DNA from: the human T2T-CHM13v2.0 reference genome, Homo sapiens
Length of the DNA: 64,000 nt
NCBI RefSeq assembly: GCF_009914755.1
Contig: NC_060930.1
Direction: 5' to 3' (one strand)
Shown here: piece after piece, positions 51,762-64,000 of the stretch
How positions within the stretch are numbered: position 1 is the stretch's first letter
How the letters are laid out: each line of letters opens with the position of its first letter
Program-made: the position numbers and the translations under genes
Notes under the pieces: model-generated
Database searches by the model: none
What the model saw: only the letters and a program-made list of their open reading frames with translations
What the model was told of the DNA's origin: nothing

Positions 51762-52523
51762 GTGGAGTGGTGTGTTGGTAAATAGCTAACAACCAGCTCT
51801 CCAGAAACACACAAACTTGGAATGAATAAATATACCTTACATGAGCATTATAAATTGTATTGCTATATAGGATGTGTAGTACACAATTACAATAACAAAA
51901 TACACAATATTTTTCTTATAACTCCATATAGCCAGACTTAATAGCTAATGCTTTTGTTGATTTTTGCCAAATGTTTGTCTTGCAGCCAACCTAAGATTGT
52001 AATTGGTAAACAAATGTAGCCTCAACATGAATGTTGGTTATTTTCATTTACATTTTTGAGCAAGACAAAAGTGAAACAACGAAAATGTGTCTTCAGTGAA
52101 ACACCATAAACATATGTTAGAACTTTACTCATACATTAATGACATAAGCCATTTCTTTGCTAAATGGGATAATAGTTTTTGAAGATCAGATCTCGATTCT
52201 TTTGTGCTGTTTACAATGTGATGGTGCAGATATGACACATTTTTAATTTAAATTGCATTATGAACACTGCCTTCATCACATTCTTAAGTCTAGAGCCTAG
52301 ACTAAAACAATGAAATGAAATCAACCCTGATTTGTGGCTTTTGCTGATTTCCATGGTATAAATATTCCCACCAGACTCACTGAAGGAGGAGTTGGAAAGA
52401 GATGTGCCTTAAGTAGCAATTTAATTTTATATAATGACTGTATTTAAAAATTGGCTCTCAAGATTCCTGGAAATGTCACCCTCAGCTGTCACGAGGCAGG
52501 GAGAGCCGCCTGCAGCACCTCCC
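51762..52523 (-). mobile_element. MER63-like hAT fossil
   Basis: agtggtgtgttggtaaat..aacaacc and gagccg..cagcac termini. Confidence 0.6.
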
Positions 52524-53134
52524 GGCTGTGTGTGGTGTGTGCTGGGGGGCAGCATAAGCCCAGACTCTGATTGGAGGGCTACACAGCATTGCTGAGTCTA
52601 GGCAGGCTGAGGCACTCAGCTAGAGATTTCAGGACACAGATTTTTTTTGGTGGTTCTTTCATTAATCAGCAAATATTTATGGAGTGTCTAATGCATGCCA
52701 ATCACTGCGATGCCTGGAGGAGATGGGTAGCTACGCAGAGTGGACAACAGCCCTGCCCTGCAGAGGGTATGGTCCCAGCTGGTTCTCTACCTCCAAGACT
52801 GCTGAGTCCCTGTCTCCCAGACCAACTCATCCTCTCCACCCAGTGTGTGGTGTTCTGGGGCCCCTGCGGAAGGGTGCGCAGCTGTTCCAGATGACAGGGA
52901 GCTGCCCTGGACCCCTCGCTCTCCTTCCTCCTGTTCCACAGTAGCCACTACCAAGTCCCAGCCACTTCTCCTGCAAGAGCTCCTCCTCTCCCTCTGCTGC
53001 CTGACCTGGGCCAGCACTCACTCTCACTTCTGCCTCTTCAGCAGCCTCCTGCGGACTTCTAGCTCCCTCTTCCCCCAGGCCACTCTCCATTCAGCAACTA
53101 GGCTGATTTTTAAGATTAAAAAACCTGTGTTTTT

Positions 53135-54510
<1,376 letters not shown>

Positions 54511-55209
54511 AGAGGAGGGGAGGGGAGGAGAAGGGAGAGAAGGGAAGGGGAGGGGAGGGGAGGGGAGGGGGAAGAGAGCCTGGCACTTTCAGTTCATTTC
54601 CCTTTCTCCCTCCCCCAGCACCTGATATTTCAACAGACAAATTTTCCATCAGCCAAAATTTAATCACTTAATTTAGAATGTCCTTTTTTGGGGTGAACTC
54701 GGAGAAACTCAGTCTCAGTGGCCTGTTTCACTTAAATAAATTAATGTTTCTTGGATTGCCATTTTTCACACTGTTCTTAGTTTCAAGCAAAAAAGAAATA
54801 AGTTGAATTAACCTAAGTTTGTGTAGAGATAGAAACAAATTACCAATTTTGGTTGTTGGTTACCCTCTTCTTTAGTCCTGCCTGGGCTGCCAAGGCTGGA
54901 GTGGCTGGAGGCACCCTTGCTCAACCCACACCAAACACCTCTTAAGTCAAAAGGGCCTAACTACTTCAACAGCCCAAATACCAACTCCCAGAACATTTCC
55001 CAGCAATTACAAAGTGCCAAACTTAACAAGTTTCAGTAAACATTTGTTGAATAAATGCAATGCAAGGCAGAATTAGTTCTTATTTATTCTCTCCTCTGGG
55101 AGAAACCGACTCATAGGTAAAGTTATATTTCTATAAAATAATTAGATAATATACATTTCTGGAAAGAAAAAAATGCTTAGCTACTTTACATAATACAATA
55201 TCTTGATAA

Positions 55210-56523
<1,314 letters not shown>

Positions 56524-57739
56524 TGAGATAATGCAAATTAATCAGCAATCTAGGTTTGTATGACCAGCAGAAAGGAAAAGGATATATTTTCCTGAGTCTC
56601 ATTTCCTGTGATGAAATAATTGGCGCCTGGTGGATAAATGTGTGATATGGATCGTGCGTGGAGAGAATAATCAGAAAGGAACCAATTCCATTGGGTTGAC
56701 ATGAACAAAGTGTCCTTTTTGAGGGTCAGAATGGTTGACTATGGGCAGGCAATTCCACATGGCTCAATGGAATACTTCCATGAGCTACTGATCTGAACGT
56801 GGTATTGGACAGCTTGTGGGACTGACGGGAAAGGGGCGCATCACTGCCTCATGGACAGAAAGCCTGGTGCCCTGCTCTAGTGGCAGGTGCAGCAGAAAGC
56901 AGCTTCAAAGCCAGGAGCGACAGGAGCACAGCAGAGAGACAGCCACAGAGACCAGTCAGCAACTGCTGTGAAAGCCAACCCCCCAGGCCAAAAGCCAAGA
57001 CACACAGGACAAGGAGGAGAAGAAGATGCAAAAAGAGATGGGAGAGGGAAGCAAAAAGGAGGATTTTTTTTTTCCAAAAAAAAATCAACAAAGGAAGGAA
57101 GGGCAGATTGAGATGAGATGGCAGGGGCAACAGCAGCCACACTGGCTATGATGAGCAAACACAGCTGAGGCGGAGCAGGGCCCCTTCCCGGCAGCCCTGG
57201 GTGCAGGCTGGACGCTGGCATGTTCTGTTGGGATCCTGAGAGCACATTCGTCCAACTGCTCGGCCTATAGGGATGTCTGGCGAACAGACAAGCTGAGCCT
57301 ACCCTTCCGCAGGCTCTGAGGATGTTCACCGATGCCCCATGCAGCAGGCAGGCGTCCAAGATGAGGCTGAGCTAAACCAGCCCAGGGGGCAAAGAGGAGA
57401 CGAACATTCCACACTCCGTTCAGGGACAGCCAAAGGCAGGCAGAGGACACAGGCAGCCCTACGAGAGACAGACGTCTCACCAATCCTTGAAGACGACCAG
57501 AACCAGAGCGCAGCCCTCGAAGAACATCGCTCAATCATATGATGTGTCATACAGGAGACGAGAGGTGCTAGTGCCCGGCCACACTGCCCGCAGCAGCTCC
57601 CAGGATGAGGATCAGAGACTCCGCTCCATCTCCCATGGTGCCACCATGGGTGCTGACTGCCTAGGGTGTCCATGCCATAGTCACCAGCATCCCCAACCAC
57701 CAGCAGTCACCAGAGCCAGATAACTGAGTCACCCAAGAT

Positions 57740-58410
57740 ATCATATTCCACTTTTGTAAATTTCACCCTCAAATGTCTTCCCAAACTGTCTCCGTGTTCT
57801 ATCCTGTGCCAGTGTGTGCTGGCTCTAGCCACTGTCACTCATTGCCTGGGTTACCACACTGGTCTCCTAACCCCTCCTCACCTCCATCCCGTCCTGCTGC
57901 CCCAGGAACTGTCCTCCTAAAACTCACTGAATCCAGTCCGCCTCTGCCCAGAGCCTTCCACGGCTCCCACTCATTCAAGACAAAGCCCAAACCCTATCAT
58001 TGTCCAGAAGTCCCCATGGCTCAGCCTCTGCCTCCTTAACCAGGCTCAGCTCTTCCTCCTCCAGAGCAAACGTGGTCCACCTGTGAGGAACTATCACTGC
58101 TTCTGGAACAATCCCTCTCTAATGAGCTCCACATGTTCACACTCTTCCTGCCGCCTGGAATTTCTCCTCCCCCATCCACTCCGTGAATTCTTCATTCCTC
58201 GCCTCTCAGCACAGGTGTTATCTCTGCAGTGAAGTCTTCCTAGATCCATGGCCCCTGGAATGACCTCCACTGCAGACTTAACCACATGGCTTGGATCTGT
58301 GTCTCCCCGCTAGACCAGGAATCCCTAGTGGGCAGGAATGGATTCTTATTTGATCTTGAATTTCCAGTACTTAGTATTGTCTGAGGCTTCATGGATATTA
58401 AATGTTTATT
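57740..58410 (+). mobile_element. L2 3' fragment
   Basis: Diverged L2 motifs (ccttccacggctccc, tgtctccccgctagac, ggcagg...aatgtttatt). Confidence 0.6.
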
Positions 58411-59239
58411 AAAATCAAAATGAAATTAAAGTGCTCGATTCTGTGCCAAGTCTCAACTGAAACATCAAGATCTATTGGCTGATGTTGGTGCAGCTGCCTG
58501 TGGATTCTGCAGAGTGGCTGGGCCTCTCAACACGGGAGATGGTGGAGAGGCTGGCAAGGGCTGATGAGAACTGAGCGACAGGCCATGACGCTGCAGCACA
58601 ACTCAGCTCTCAGCCCAGAGTTGCCACTAAAACTGGGGAAGTCAGAGCATCTGGTCCTGCTGACCAACATCTCAGCTGAGGGCACCCTGAATCAAATCCC
58701 TCTGAGTCTCAGCTGTGTAAGAACAGGTGGCTAGACATCATTTAAATTAAACTTTGGCGGAAGGACATTTTTATTGCTCTAGATTATTCAAAAATGTTAC
58801 TTACAAATGACCACTCAAGGTGTAGCTAGACAAAGGCTGTTTTCTGTCATCTTTGAATGCTTTCAGTGAAGATCATCCCAGCCCCACACACTTACAAGTG
58901 TCCTTAACTGCAAGGTGGCCACCAAGCTTCCATAGAGCTTACTGGTCACTGGCAATGCCCTTACCATTTTCCTGCCCACAGGTGTGTCTCAGTGATTCCA
59001 TCTGCAAGCCAGAGAGTTACTGTAGGTGAAATTTCCCTGACATGATTAATTCACCACAAAGCACCACCGTGCATTTCATTTTAAGACACATGGTGCCACT
59101 TTTATGCTGTGTGTTCCTGAAATTGTGTTAAATTAAATGCGAAGGCAACGGTAGGAAACTTGGGACTTTGTGTGATAGTTGCAGAAGCATCCAGTAATGG
59201 TGAAGAAGAATGTGAAGGCTGGCCCTCTAAATCCTCACA

Positions 59240-61872
<2,633 letters not shown>

Positions 61873-62086
61873 AATGTGAAGGTTTAAGGGACTAGACATG
61901 CCTCCAGTCCTTTTCAGAAAAAGAGGAGGCATCAGTAATCTATAAAGAACCTGCACTGGGGACCACAGAGCTGGATTTAACCCCTGCTCTGCTCCCTGTC
62001 CTGTATCAGCCTCTTAGTCCCGTAGAGCCTCGATTTCCTCATCTTCACAATGCCAACCTTCCAGCGTTCTATTCTGTGATTTGTAA

Positions 62087-62443
<357 letters not shown>

Positions 62444-63387
62444 TGTAAGCCTTTTCTTCAAATACTCAAGCATGAATCCATGAAAGAGGCCATGAGCCCC
62501 CCTCCATGGTTTGCTGGCAGTGCTCTCTTTGAGCTGAAGCCCAGGACACTCATGTCTGCCTGCTTCATCCACTTCTCTTTCTTCTGCTTAAAACTACTCC
62601 TGGGACTGCAAACGAGGATAGTTTTTTCTCTTATGTCATATTTACTCCCTACCATCAAGCAACAAACTTCACTGACATCAGAGGAAAGTTTTGTGAGTAC
62701 AGTGGGCCGGTTACCCATCTCTTCCCTGCTCTCCCTGGGTCCACGTTCCGCCCTTCTCTGTCTAGTCCTGTGTCCCAGGAGGCTGCATCGCTGGGCTCCC
62801 TCTATCCCTGGCTCTGTCAGGATTGGTCAGCGGGAGGTACTGGCATGAGATTGGCAGGCTGGAGGACACGGCTAGCCCTTCTCTTGAACATATATGTGAG
62901 TGCACATGCCTGAACATGACCATCCATTCCAGCTGTCACAGATTCTAGGTGCCTTAGTTCACATGTCTTTAAACACACAGTGCCCCTTCAGTGGGTTGTG
63001 TGATGCTACGTAAAATCAGGGAAATGGGGCTGTTTCTGAGTAAGCTACAAGACCTCAGTCTCCAAACACAAATGGTCTCCACAGGGACTAACAAGAAATC
63101 TTTGACATCATCAATCACAAAGCTGCCTTGAAGACTCTAGGGAACTGAGTGGCTCCTCTGATTTGGTTAAACCTGGTGAAAATATCTTACCATAATGACA
63201 GAATAGTCTTCTAGACTTAATCACATTGTTTGGATCTGTTCACCATGTGTGTCTCCCACTAGACTGCAAACTCCTAGAAGGCAGGAGCTGATTCTTGCTC
63301 AATTCTGAATTGTCAGCACCTAAAATTCCCTAGGACATAATGGGTATTTAATTAAATGTTTATCAAGGTTAAAAGAAAATTAAAGTG

Positions 63388-64000
<613 letters not shown>

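Noticed and set aside
56849-57723. Cluster of 100-160 aa ORFs on both strands in non-repeat sequence
   Set aside because: No recognisable protein family; the purine-rich, GC-rich composition explains the scarcity of stops. A tBLASTx search would be needed to exclude a decayed gene.

Overview
Human (primate) genomic DNA. The + strand carries the 3' part of TULP4 (tubby-like protein 4): eight coding exons that splice with consistent phases (12778-13002, 14084-14318, 22617-22761, 26550-26694, 27730-27823, 31646-31789, 34655-37155, 39555-39671), followed by a ~5.1 kb 3' UTR with AATAAA at 44783. Downstream are a minus-strand processed CACYBP pseudogene (~48368-49440) and intergenic DNA with a 2.6 kb 5'-truncated L1PA. 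The rest is typical repeat content: many Alus, solo LTR17 (HERV-W) and LTR22-like (HML-5) LTRs, a two-LTR MaLR element, L1/L2/MIR and DNA-transposon fossils. The main observation is that the spliced protein contains all tubby-domain motifs in order, but scattered over four segments separated by insertions of ~100 aa and ~800 aa. This suggests a complete but discontinuous tubby barrel whose canonical PI(4,5)P2-binding K-x-R is replaced by Q-V-T. Skipping the 2.5 kb exon yields a frameshifted short isoform lacking the C-terminal part of the barrel. Other candidates: an intronic-polyadenylation isoform with a hydrophobic tail, AT-to-GC-biased decay of the pseudogene region, an inverted templated insert at an L1 5' junction, and an old local duplication. 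Exon and residue numbering, repeat subfamily names and comparisons with Tubby and CACYBP rely on recalled reference sequences, not on searches.
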